Shown here piece by piece: positions 52,311 through 64,000 of a stretch of 64,000 nt of DNA. The stretch covers positions 65,844,001 through 65,908,000 of the forward strand of contig NC_043007.1 in NCBI RefSeq assembly GCF_006345805.1. The letters are read 5' to 3'. Each line of letters begins with the position of its first letter. Positions within the stretch are counted from its first letter, which is position 1. The translations under genes and the position numbers were made by a program. The DNA comes from Octopus sinensis. Taxonomy: Eukaryota. A model generated the notes under the pieces. The model was given only the letters and a program-made list of their open reading frames with translations. It was not told the origin of the DNA and did not search any database.

Positions 52311-52494
52311 GTCAGTTACTCTCAGTACGTGCACTGTCCTCAGATTAACACCCAAACACTCTGAAATGTTCGTATTGGATACAGAATGGCGACAATTTTC
52401 CGATCGCAGCCTCTGTGTGTGTGTGTGTGGGTGTGTATGTTATAATTTAGAAGAAACAATAAAAAGTTGTCCTCTATTTATATCGAGGTCTCAT

Positions 52495-52622
52495 TCTTCT
52501 TCTTCTTCTCTTCTTCTTCTTCTTCATTTTCTTCTTCTTCTTCTTCTTCTTCTTCTTTCTTCTTCTTCTTCTTCTTCTTCTTCTTCTTCTTCTTCTTCTT
52601 CTTCTTCTTCTTCTTCTTCTTC
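52495..52622. repeat. (TTC)n array
   Basis: Directly visible. Confidence 0.97.
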
Positions 52623-52679
52623 GTCATGTATATGTATGCATACTTAACGTATGAATGTATATATCTGGGCGCATATATA

Positions 52680-53025
52680 CCTACGCTTGGTGTAGGCATG
52701 ACCTCATGGTTAAAAATTTCTCTCCAAAACCATGAGGTCGAAATTTCCATCTCAGTATGAAGCATCTTGGGAAAATGTGATCAGCCATAGCTTCAGATCG
52801 ACCCATACCTTCAGAAGGAAACGAGATTAACGGAAACGAGGTTGCACCTGTATTTGAAAGTGTCAGCCTTGTCATTACAGTGTTTCGCCTTAATTCTGCC
52901 TGGAAGTCATTTTAAGGCTAGGGATTGTCGCAGAATAGTCTGTCACTTAACACTATAATTGCATTAACAGGTAATTCTGTGGATCGATTAATTGGAATTG
53001 TCATCGCCGAAAACGACGAAGGATC
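52680..53025 (+). mobile_element. Old SINE: family A-like head with a tail related to SINE D
   Basis: Degenerate tRNA head, CTTGGGAAAATGT core, tail GATCGATTAATTGGAATTGTCATCGCCG..CGACG. Confidence 0.55.
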
Positions 53026-54559
53026 CATTTTGCTTATTTTTTAAACTTTAAATATTCGTGCGCTCGCGCGCGCATGTATGTGTGATTGTATGTATATGTG
53101 TGTGTGTGTGTATATATACGTATATGTCTTTGTATGTATATATGTATATATAATGTGTTTGTATATATATATATGTATTTGTCTATATTGTGTGTGTGTA
53201 TGTGTGTATGTGTGTATATATACATATATATATATGTATATGTATATGTCTGTGAATGTATGTATATATTTGTATATAGGTGTATGTGTGTATGTGTGTG
53301 TGAGTGTGTGTCTTATTTATGCGTGTACGTGTGTGTGTACGTGTATGTGTGTGTGTGTGTGTGTGCGTGTGTGTGTGTGTGTTTGTTTGTGTTTGTGTGT
53401 CTGCAAGTATGTTTATATGTGTATCTGTATCTGCATTTCGTTTTATAAACGCATTCTCGAAATATACTATTGAATATAAAAAATTTAAAAAAAGCAAAAA
53501 AGACAAACAAACAAACAAACAAACGAACAAACGCAGAAAAAAAAAGGGATGGCACAGCATGAAAATCTGCAGACTGCCTAGTGACAGATGTTGCCGTAAT
53601 CAAGCGTACAAGCGAACAAGCCCCTTACTCAGCTCTCCTAAAATGTTATTATCAACTCCCTCCCCTTACTCTTCTTTCAACGCCTGTTTCACTTCATCTT
53701 AACAACCGCCCCTACATCACCCCTTCCAATCTATAATTTTTATCTTATTTCATATCCTTATCCTGCATCGTGGAATTACGCACCCCTTCTCCCTCTCTGT
53801 GATTTTATTCTCTCTCTCTCTCTCTCTTTCGTTTTCTTTCTTACATTCTCGTTAACACTTTCTCCATTCTCTTTCTATCGTATTCTGTCCCTTTCATTTT
53901 TGTTCCTTTCCTTTTCTCTTTGTTCCTTTCGATGTTTGTTTCTTTCTTATTTTCTCGTTAACACTTTCCCTTTTCTGTTTCTCTCTTTTCCTCCTCTCTC
54001 TCTCTAGCTTCTGTATGTTATCTCTTCATCTTAATCTTCACGTTATTATACTCTTCCTGAAAGGCGGTGAAGTGCCAGAAACTGTGGAGCTCCAAACAAC
54101 AGTCGAGTGTCTTGCAGTATTTCAATTACATCATGTTTTTTTGTCTCCGAGTTCGAATACTGCCGAAGTTGACTTCTGCTTTTATTTATCCAGCTGTAAT
54201 GATGTAAATAATTGCTTGAAAATGATGACATTTTGTAATTCATTACAATCGATAACAGAATTCCAACAATGAACTATTCGATTATTTAAAACAGTTGACT
54301 CCACTCACTAGCAAATTCTTCGTATTCAAGAAAAAGAAATCTCTGGCAGAAGAAAATTCAATTTTTTTTAGATAACCTTAATTGATTCAATTACAATTAA
54401 GTATGGACAGAAAGGAATGAACAAGCAAGTTTTGCCGATAATCAGGTACAAACAGATCGCCAAACCAAAATGTTGCTACTGCATTCTCCATCCACATGTG
54501 TAATAAAGTGAACAAGATTCACGTAATCATTCATTCCATGCACACGTAGAATGCGCATA

Positions 54560-54710
54560 TATATGTATGGTGAGAAGCTTGTTTCCCAAACACATGGTTC
54601 CAGGTTCAGTACCACTGCATGGCACCTAGGCAAGTGTCTCTTGATATAGTCTCGGGCCGACCAAAGCCTTGTGATTAGATTTGGTAGATGGAAACTGAAA
54701 GAAGCCCGTC

Positions 54711-54764
<54 letters not shown>

Positions 54765-55010
54765 GCGTGTGTGTGTATGTGTTTGTATGTCTTTGTGTCT
54801 GTATTTGTCCCCTCTCCCCATCACCGCTTGACAATCAGTGTTGGTGTGTTTACGTCCCCGTAACTTATAGCTTCGGCAAAAGAGACTCATAAAATAAGTA
54901 TTAGGTTTACAAAGAATCAGTCCTGGTGTCGATTTGTTCGGCTAAAAACTCTTTAAGGTGGTGCTCCAGCATGGCCGCAGTCAAACGATTGAAACAAATA
55001 AAAGAATAAA
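54560..55010 (+). mobile_element. SINE family A
   Basis: Full family layout. Confidence 0.9.
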
Positions 55011-55328
55011 AGCATACACACACATACATATATGTTTGTATATATATATTTATATATACATATCTATAATATAACATGTATGTATGTATATATATATATA
55101 TATATATATATTCGTCACTAAAGTGACCAGCACCAATATTGCTAGAATCAACTCAATAGCCACAGTCACTTTAGTGACGTGTCTGTATCTGTCTTTAGGT
55201 TTTTATAATTGCGAATTAGCCACCCATATTATTTATCGATGTAATCGATTAGTCCTCTCCCCCAAAATATCAGTCCTTGTGCCTTTAATAGAAAGGATTA
55301 TCATTTTTATTATCTCTCCCTCCTTTTA

Positions 55329-55369
<41 letters not shown>

Positions 55370-55419
55370 CTCTCTCTCTCTCTCTAAGTGAAAATTGACT
55401 GTTCTGGGATAGAATGACT

Positions 55420-55451
<32 letters not shown>

Positions 55452-56294
55452 CGAGAGCGAAAGAGTGTGTGTGAGAGAGAAAGAGAGATGAGTTGTGACC
55501 AGTCTAAGATATTCGACGATGGAACCCTATGACTCCAACAGGATTCGAGGGCTCAAGGAGGAAGCCGCCTAATATAATCACATTTGATATTATTATTACA
55601 CAGATAAAGTTTTCAAAATGGCTGTATGCCAAACACGATCAGGATATTGTTATTTTTCTGCTTAATATTGTGTAAAAAGCTCTGTCCGAAAGTTATCACA
55701 ATAAGCAGCTGCTCCGGATGAATGAGAAATATGAATTTAGCTCTTCCATTAAAATCTTAACGATAATGTTATTGGGAAAGGCATAAATGTCACAACTCAC
55801 GTTTCTTCCATGATGTAGCCCATAAGGCTAATCTTTCATTGACAAAAAGTTCCCAGAGCACAAAAGGTCAAACAATTGCCTCCATTAATCACGCCAGTGA
55901 TATATTAGAATAAGGCGTGTCAAACCATTTATATGGCTGTGTATTTCGTTAACAGTAATTCTGTCACACTATGATGGATGTCGTCACGTCCTGTTCGACG
56001 AAAATGCCAGGAGTTCAATTCGTTCAGGACTTTACATTATTTTTTCTTCTTTTTTCTTTTCCACCATCTCCAGCACTTCTTAATGTTGGAGTTTACTGCT
56101 TGTCAATTTCTACACTCTGTCCCACTCCTCATCGTGTCCCGGTGGTAAATATTGCATGACGACTTGCGATGATTTTGATGCTAACAGACAACGTATGTTG
56201 TTTGCGCATCCTAGCGAGAAAAGACGGCCGAATCAGGTAATCAGAAACACACTGAAGAAGCAGCTAGCTATTCGGTTTCATTTCTGATCAGTAG

Positions 56295-56300
56295 CTGCTG

Positions 56301-56352
<52 letters not shown>

Positions 56353-56507
56353 CACCACCACCACCACCACCACCACCACCACCACCACCACCACCACCAC
56401 CACCACTACCACCACCACCAACAACAACACCACCGCCGCCGCCACTACTACTACTACTACTACTAATACTACTACTAATACTGCTGCTGCTGCTGCTGCT
56501 ACTACTA

Positions 56508-56564
<57 letters not shown>

Positions 56565-56570
56565 CACAAA
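56295..56570. repeat. Compound (CTG)/(CTA)/(CCA)/(CAA)/(CCG) trinucleotide array
   Basis: Directly visible. Confidence 0.97.
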
Positions 56571-57149
56571 GACAATAGGTTCAGATCGCCAGAACTACGG
56601 CGAAAATTTGAAGCAAACCAATTTCTGGTGCAGCCGACACATTCGCTGAGAAATGTGGAAGAAATAACAGAATTGATGTAAATATTAACAATCTATTGGC
56701 TGAACCGTCCAAAATGCTGCCCTATGAAATTATCTTGATAATTCCTGTGGTAACAGGTCCACATGGACTGGTACATTAACTGCAGGAGTAAACCATATAC
56801 AAAACAATGCAGGATGCACTCAACTTTACTCCTTAGAAGCATATAACACATATTGGATTTTAAGACGTTTTACTGACTACATTCTTTAGGTATTAGTATC
56901 CCCAATGGTGCTGACAATTTTCACAAAGTATACTTTGCATTTAGTTCTTAAACACATAAAGCCTACGAAATGTCTATGTGGTATTGTAATGTCCCGAAAA
57001 TTTTGTAAATACTGCTGCATGCAATATTATATGCCTTTTCCAATAACATTATCGTTAATATTTTAATGGAAGAGCTAAAGTTATATTTCTCATTCATCCG
57101 GAGTAGCTGCTTATTGTGATAACTTTCGGACAGAGCTTTTTACACAACA

Positions 57150-57580
57150 TTAAGCAGAAAAATAACATACTCTACGGAGAGCTTGCTAGGGGCACTAGGT
57201 CTGTGGGAAGACCGTTCTTACGATACAAGGATGTTTGCAAAAGGTACATGAAGGCTTGCAACATCAATATTAGCAACTGGGAAGCAGTTGCCAGCAACCG
57301 TGGAGATTGGCGACGTACCGTAAAAGAGGGAACACAAATGAGTAACAGAGGAAGAGAAGAGAAATGGAATGACAAGAAAAGACGTCAACAAGAAACTATG
57401 ACATTACAACCAGCCAGGCAAAGTCTTCGCTACATTTGCGAGACCTGCCAGAGGGATGTTTGTCCAGGATAGGACTACACAGCCACAGCAGGAGATGTAT
57501 TAGGACATGAAATGTAAAAGCCGGACTAGATTGTTTTTTGCGCAACTCCATTGTCTGCCGAGACAAAAAGGATGCCAACA
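57150..57580 (+). pseudogene. RTE-BovB-like 3' fragment
   Basis: ILYGELARGTRSVGRPFLRYKDVCKR..W...A.NR..WR; CETCQRD..(frameshift)SRIGLHSHSRRC; tail CCATTGTCTGCCGAGACAAAAAGGATGCCAACAACAAC. Confidence 0.9.
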
Positions 57581-57779
57581 ACAACATAAGTGATATAATC
57601 ATATATAACTGCAAATACTTCTGCAGGCAATCAAACCTTGTCCTCACCGAGGTTCACTGGATTTGTTCTTACTCATCTATTATACTATTCTGCATGCTTT
57701 TATGTATCTTTATCGTTTTACTAGTTTCAGCCCTGCCGGGGCACGGCCTTGAAGAATATTTAGTCGAATGAATTGACCC

Positions 57780-58000
57780 CCACTCTTTTACACTTTTACT
57801 TGTTTCAGTTATTTGACTGCAGCCATGTTGGGGCACCGCCTTTAGTCGAGCAAATCGACCCCTGGACTTATTCTTTGTAAGCCTGGTACTTATTCTGTCG
57901 GTCTCTTTTTACCGTTAAATTACAGGGGACGTAAGCACACCAGCATCGGTTGTCAAGCGATGTTGAGGGATAAAACACAGACACACAAACACATATATAC

Positions 58001-58033
<33 letters not shown>

Positions 58034-58490
58034 TATATACGTATATACGACGGGCTTCTTTCAATTTTCGTCTACCAAATCCATTCACAAGGCTTTGGTC
58101 GGCCCGAGGCTATAGTAGAAGACACTCCTGCGCCTATTTATTTATTTTTTTAAAGCCTGGTGCTTATTCTATCGGTCTCTCTTGTTGAACCGCTAAATTA
58201 CGGCAAGTTAGGGGTACGTAAACACATCAATGCCGATTGTCAAGCCCTGGTGTGACGCGTACAAAAACAGTCAGAAAGACACACGCTCATAAATATATAT
58301 ATATGTATACGTATATACGACGGGATTCTTTCAGTTTCCGTCTACTAAATCCATACACAAGTCTTTGGTCGGCCCGAGGCTCATGCAGAAAACACGCGTC
58401 CAAGATGCCATGCAGTAGGACTGAACTCAGAACCATGTGCTTTGGAAGTAAGATTCTTTCCACACAGCCACGCCTGTGCCTCTGTAACGC
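57780..58490 (-). mobile_element. Two tandem SINE A copies
   Basis: Family segments repeated twice in the same orientation. Confidence 0.88.
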
Positions 58491-60029
58491 TTTAAGCAAA
58501 CGCTGTCTTTACTATGAAGCGACATCGAAGATATAACCTATGGTAGATTTTTTAACTTATCAGTATCACTTGTGACTAATAGACAATCTTAATCAAATGA
58601 TATATCAAATTTGAATAGAGTAGCTTGGTAGTCAGCAGCTCTGTATTTCTGACTAGTTAATCGATCAAGTGAAGGATCGATTAGATATGCAAACCGTAAT
58701 GTGTAGCTGTTGCATTGTGCTAGACTATTCGAAACGTGTGTGAGCTAAATAAACGAATAAACAGCTGATTATACATTTTCATTTTCTATGATTTTTCCTC
58801 ACGCGCGCACACACACACACATACACACAAACCCAGACGCACGCGCGCGCGTGTATACACATACAGATACACACATGTAATAACAGTTTGACTCAGATCC
58901 ACATGACCTAAGGTCCTACACACCCACAAAACATATGAAACTGAATCAGACTGCTATTGAAAATACATACAACACCTACCAAATGTATTGAATGCCACTT
59001 TCTTACGTTTGTCCATTCTCTCACACCTACATACATATATACATAGATACATAACATATATGTATGTATGTATGCATGTATGTATGTATAAATGTATGTA
59101 TGTATATGTATGTATGTATATGTATGTATGTATGTATGTATATAGGTATATATGTCACACGTGGATTGTTGGCGACTTTTCCTTATTTTTCCTTCTTTCT
59201 CTTTGGACTTTTCTCTTTCCGACGAAGAACTATGCTCGAAGTGTTAACAACTCTCTCCTTTCACCGAGCGTCAAATTAATATATTTCTTGTGCACGTACT
59301 CATGTTCGTTTTTACTTTTTTTATTTCGTTTTTTTAATATTTGTTCTTTGAATTGACTGTATATATAAATATAAATAAATATAAATATAAAATATATATA
59401 TATATATTTAGAGAGAGAGGGGGTGAAGAAAAGGAGAGGAAGAGAGAGAGAAAGAGAGATGGTCTAAGTGGGCTAGGATAATACTTTATCTAGTGTTTCT
59501 AGTTCTGGGAGGCTTTGTGGCATATATGATACCATATCTTGATAATGTGTGGACTTAGTTTCCTGTTGACAGGCCTCTGTTATGTAAGTGATACGATTTA
59601 TAATTTACTAAACGATTTTAACGCATTTTTACGTCCATATCGTTTAGTATTTTAACGTTAGATGATTTAAAGTTGTTTGGGATATAACAACCCTCTGATA
59701 CGTATACATAATCTGTTTTATAAGATAAAACATTTGTAACGACTAGTTAATTAAATAGTGTACATGTTGAGGGAACAAACACAGACACACAAACATATAT
59801 AGTGTACATGTTGAGGGAACAAACACAGACACACAAACATATATATACATATATATATACACAGACACACAAACATATATATACATATATATATATACAC
59901 ACACACACACACATATATACGTATATACGACGGGCTTCTTTCAATTTACGTCTACCAAACCCATTGACAAGGCTTTGGTCGGCTTATAAGTACTACTTAT
60001 AAGTAGTTTTTGTTTTTATTGAAAAAACT

Positions 60030-60300
60030 GGATCCTATGCACTCGTTTAAGCAACATGGCCACTAGCTTTGATCCAGCTTTTAGGTTTGGAAGAGCTGTA
60101 CACTGAACAGTTTTTAAAATGGGTATGAATCAATGCATTTATAAATATTTTAAAGAACATAGCTCAGGGTTTGATAGCTGTAGAATGCAAGTTATTGATC
60201 AGGCTGCAGGTAATGACAAAGGCACTAAGCAACTGCTTCTGGAGAAACTTTTGGATCTGAGTGCTATGTAGTATTAATTCTCAAGGTATGAATGAATGAC
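60030..60300 (+). pseudogene. Probable PLE GIY-YIG endonuclease C-terminal remnant
   Basis: YKYFKEHS..MQVIDQ.. then (frameshift) FWI*VLCSINSQGMN, resembling the E.FWI..L....P.G.N end of PLE endonucleases. Confidence 0.5.
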
Positions 60301-60586
60301 AGAATTTTAGGTTTTGGAAACTGCGCGGATGGCGTTTATATTTTTTTTTACAGTGAATATCAAAAAGAAAATGCAGTGGACCCCTAAGATTAAATAAGAC
60401 TTGAGACAAGCTTAAAAAATTGTATGGCTTGGTGGTGGGGAGGGTAGAATACCATATATGATATGTTTTCTTAAGATCTAGTTCCATTTCCATATTTAAA
60501 AAAAACCCAAAACTATCATATAGGTGCAATAGAGATTTAACAGATGTTAGCTTTTTACTAATAGATAGTGTTTGCAATAGACTAAT

Positions 60587-60791
60587 GGAGTGGAAGCACT
60601 CCGTCGGATCAACGACGATGAGGGTTCCGGTTGATCCGAAGCAGGGATCACCACCATCCCCTGCCGGAGCCTCGTGGAGCTTTTAGGTGTTTTCGCTCAA
60701 TAAACACTCACAACGCCCGGTCTGGGAATCGAAACCGCGATCCTATGACCGCGAGTCCGCTGCCCTAACCACTGGGCCATTGCGCCTCCAC
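60587..60791 (-). mobile_element. SINE family D, young, with 12-bp TSD
   Basis: TSD CAATAGACTAAT at 60575-60586 and 60792-60803. Head GGAGGCGCAATGGCCCAGTGGTTAGG...GGTTTCGATTCCC. Confidence 0.92.
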
Positions 60792-61684
60792 CAATAGACT
60801 AATAAAAGCGGTAAGAGCAATGTAAAATAAAGTCAAGAAGAAGCACATGATAATACTTCTCATTGGTAATTCCATTGACAATATTAATTTGAATTCAGTA
60901 ATTATAAGATCTTTTGCCGGTCGGTGTTATGTGCACAAATATACGCATTAGCTATAAACTTGGTCGTAATATAGGTGAAAGGGCAGTGGTGCTCAACCGG
61001 AGTCCATATGGCCCTTGGGTGGTTCATATAAAATATTTTTGTTACAATTTATGTAAGATAAATTGGTAATACTTTTACAGTACACAAAAATTTTGAACAA
61101 ATTTTTTAATACAATTCCTAATAATATTTAATTAAAAACTTATTGTAGGATTTTTTAAATATTGAATGGCTGTGAGGGCCCATCCGAATAAGATAGGAAT
61201 CAAAGGGGGCCTTAGGTAAAAGAAAAAATGGTCGAGAAACCCTGTGATAGAGTGTTAAGCTAAAGCGATTTTAGTATAAATGTAGAAAAGAACTAGAGTG
61301 CTCTGAAATGAATGAAAGTAGCTATGCTCTCAAAAAGTATATCCTTTCAATAAAGATTACGCAACGAAGGAAAAATGAAAGTAAAAAGACCTATAGAATG
61401 CCTGTAGAGAAACAGAGCTGATGAATAATATATGATCAGGATCAAAGTTTCTAATTCTCTGGATAAACCTCTTCTCAAGTGATACCAATTTACTTTGCGT
61501 TTGTTGCTGTTGTGATTTGCAGCCAGTTTCCCCCGCTGTTGCTGCAGCTGATGCTAATACTGTATTGGATGCAGTGTTGGCAGCATGGGTTTCCAATTCC
61601 ATTTCTTTCCTGGACAAAGCGCATAGAATAACCCCGACTGGTTGGTGCAAAAGCATGTCTAACCGCTGAACATACTCACCACCT

Positions 61685-61701
61685 CTCTCTCTATCTATCT
61701 G

Positions 61702-61740
<39 letters not shown>

Positions 61741-61741
61741 G

Positions 61742-61810
<69 letters not shown>

Positions 61811-61876
61811 TTGTCTGTTTGTCTATCGGTGTGTCCGTCTGTCTGTCTGCCTCAGTATGTGTGTCTGTCTGTTTAC

Positions 61877-61970
<94 letters not shown>

Positions 61971-61975
61971 GTCTG
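61685..61975. repeat. (ATCT)n/(GTCT)n arrays
   Basis: Directly visible. Confidence 0.97.
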
Positions 61976-62509
61976 TTTGTATAGCTATCTCTCAATATAT
62001 GTGTGCGTGTGTGTATGAGCGTGAGTGTGTGTGTGTGATAATACATATATGCTATATCTTGCCAGTTGACAGTGTATAGTGTGTATATGTTAAGTACAAT
62101 GCATAGATGGCTGTTTTAATATAATACTACTTCAATTGCATACACCAGATTTTTATTCAGCCCAACGGTTATTCGTATTATTAGTGAATGTATCATTCAC
62201 TGCTTCTTATATGTTAAATGAATGATCTCATCTAAGCATATGATTGCGAATATATATCATTGGCCAGGCCCAAGAAGGCTGAAAAGTACCTAGTGTTCTC
62301 GCTAGCTTTGGCGCCAGGGCGAACTTTTCTGTCTGTCCGATATATATATATATGTATATGTGTGTTTGCGTGGGTGTGTGTGCATATAAATCCTTAAAAT
62401 CCTTAAAATGTTTTAGCCCGAAGGCCGCGGCCATGCTGGGGCACCACCGCTATAGATCATATAGATACACACATACTTACATGCATACATACATATAAAC
62501 ATGGGGAGA

Positions 62510-62665
62510 CAGGTAGGCGCAGGAGTGAGTGTGTAGTAAGAAGCTTGCTTCCCACATACATGGTTCCGCTGCGTAGAACCTTGGACAAGTGTCTTCTGCT
62601 ATAGCCTCGGGCCAACTAAAGCTCTGCGAGTGGATTTGGCTGACGGAAAATAAAAGAATCCTGTC

Positions 62666-62718
<53 letters not shown>

Positions 62719-63370
62719 GTGTGTGTGTGTGCGTGTATGTGTGTGTGTGTGTATGTGTGTGTGAGTGTGTGTATTTGTCTGTCTGGGTTTGTCCCCCCAC
62801 CATCGCTTGACAACCTATGCTGGTGTGTTTACATCCTCATAACCTAGCGGTTCAGCAATAGACTGATAGAATAAGTACTAGGCTTACAAGGAATAAGTCT
62901 TGGGGTTGATTTGTTTGACTACAGGCGGTGCTCCAGCATGGCCGCAGTCAAATGACTGAAACAAGTAAAAGAATAAAAGAATACGTATACACACAAATAC
63001 ACAAACACACACACACACATAAAGGTGCAGGCGTGGCTATCTGGCAAGACGTTTGCTTCGCAACCACACGGTTCAGAGTTCAGTCTCACTGCGTGGCACC
63101 TTGGCGAGGTGTCTTCAACTATATATCCTAGTCGGTCAAAGCCTTGTGAGTGGATTTGGTACACAGAAACTGAAAGAAGCATATCGTACGTGTGTGTGTG
63201 TGTGTGTGTTTATGTCTGTGTTTGTTCCCCACCATCGCTTGACAACCAATGGTGGTTTGTTTACATTCCCATAATTTAGAGGTTCGGAAAAAGTTACCGA
63301 CAGAACAAGTAACAGGCTTTTGCAGGTAACAAGTAACAGTCATTAAACTACAGTCTAATGACTGAAACAA
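62510..63370 (+). mobile_element. Two tandem SINE A copies (62510-62990, 63020-63370)
   Basis: Two complete head-to-tail family layouts. Confidence 0.9.
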
Positions 63371-63701
63371 ATAAATTGTAACAGATATGGTCACGAGCAC
63401 CTGCTTATATGTGTATATATGGGTTTTTTTTCTCGAGTGCTCAACTCATGGAGAAGTTATACAGACTCACATATCTTAATCATTTGAAACCTGGCGAGGC
63501 CCGAAAATCTCTGCTTCCGATAAACATCGGATTTCTTCAAGTGGAATCGCCAGAGAATAAAAAGGTAGAGAGAAGACGGAAATAAGTATTTGTCCTCTGC
63601 ATTGGATGGACGCTTCATTCATCGATCACGTGATTCTGAAAGAATAAAAGAAAATGTCCTCTCAGCACCTAGCGCAGGAACAACAAATACTGCATGGCAT
63701 C

Positions 63702-63771
<70 letters not shown>

Positions 63772-63860
63772 GTCTGTCTGTCTGCTGTCTGTCTGTCTGT
63801 CTATCTACCAGTCTGTCTGCCTGTATGCCTGTGTGTGCATCAATCGCTTTATGTATCTAC

Positions 63861-63908
<48 letters not shown>

Positions 63909-64000
63909 TATATATTTATATATACAATCAAAAATATATACTATAAGAGACGTACACATACAAGTATATATACATATATATATGTGTGTGTGTGTGTATA

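Noticed and set aside
59757-59900. Short tandem duplications of SINE fragments
   Set aside because: About 40-bp slippage or assembly duplications next to microsatellites; no independent significance.

Overview
AT-rich eukaryotic genomic DNA, saturated with microsatellites and transposable elements. The SINE families and repeat landscape resemble Octopus (coleoid cephalopod); that is my recognition, not a database result. I cannot support any host protein-coding gene, and almost all listed ORFs are translations of microsatellites. Supported content: (i) about 30 copies of at least four tRNA-derived SINE families; (ii) decayed non-LTR retrotransposons: two RTE 3' ends, three R4/Dong-like RLE elements, and one Tx1/L1-like element with a 17-bp TSD inside a SINE head; (iii) a Penelope-like element (RT thumb plus GIY-YIG) and a second probable GIY-YIG remnant; (iv) three mariner fragments, one DD37D/maT fragment and a foldback MITE. 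The main unexplained signal is a dense set of type I hammerhead ribozyme (HHR) motifs. One is fully intact, with 8-bp stem I, long stem II and palindromic stem III, and is present twice in a head-to-head palindrome at 44-792. One is a minimal HHR in the Penelope terminal repeat, downstream of a tRNA-like Pol III promoter. About nine more are decayed and fall into several unrelated sequence families. Several sit in short non-coding elements sharing one architecture: HHR plus 3' tail, with an inverted copy of the tail at the 5' end; one is a 353-nt unit repeated about 1.25 times. I infer a population of non-autonomous, ribozyme-bearing (retrozyme-like) elements probably mobilised by Penelope-like elements.
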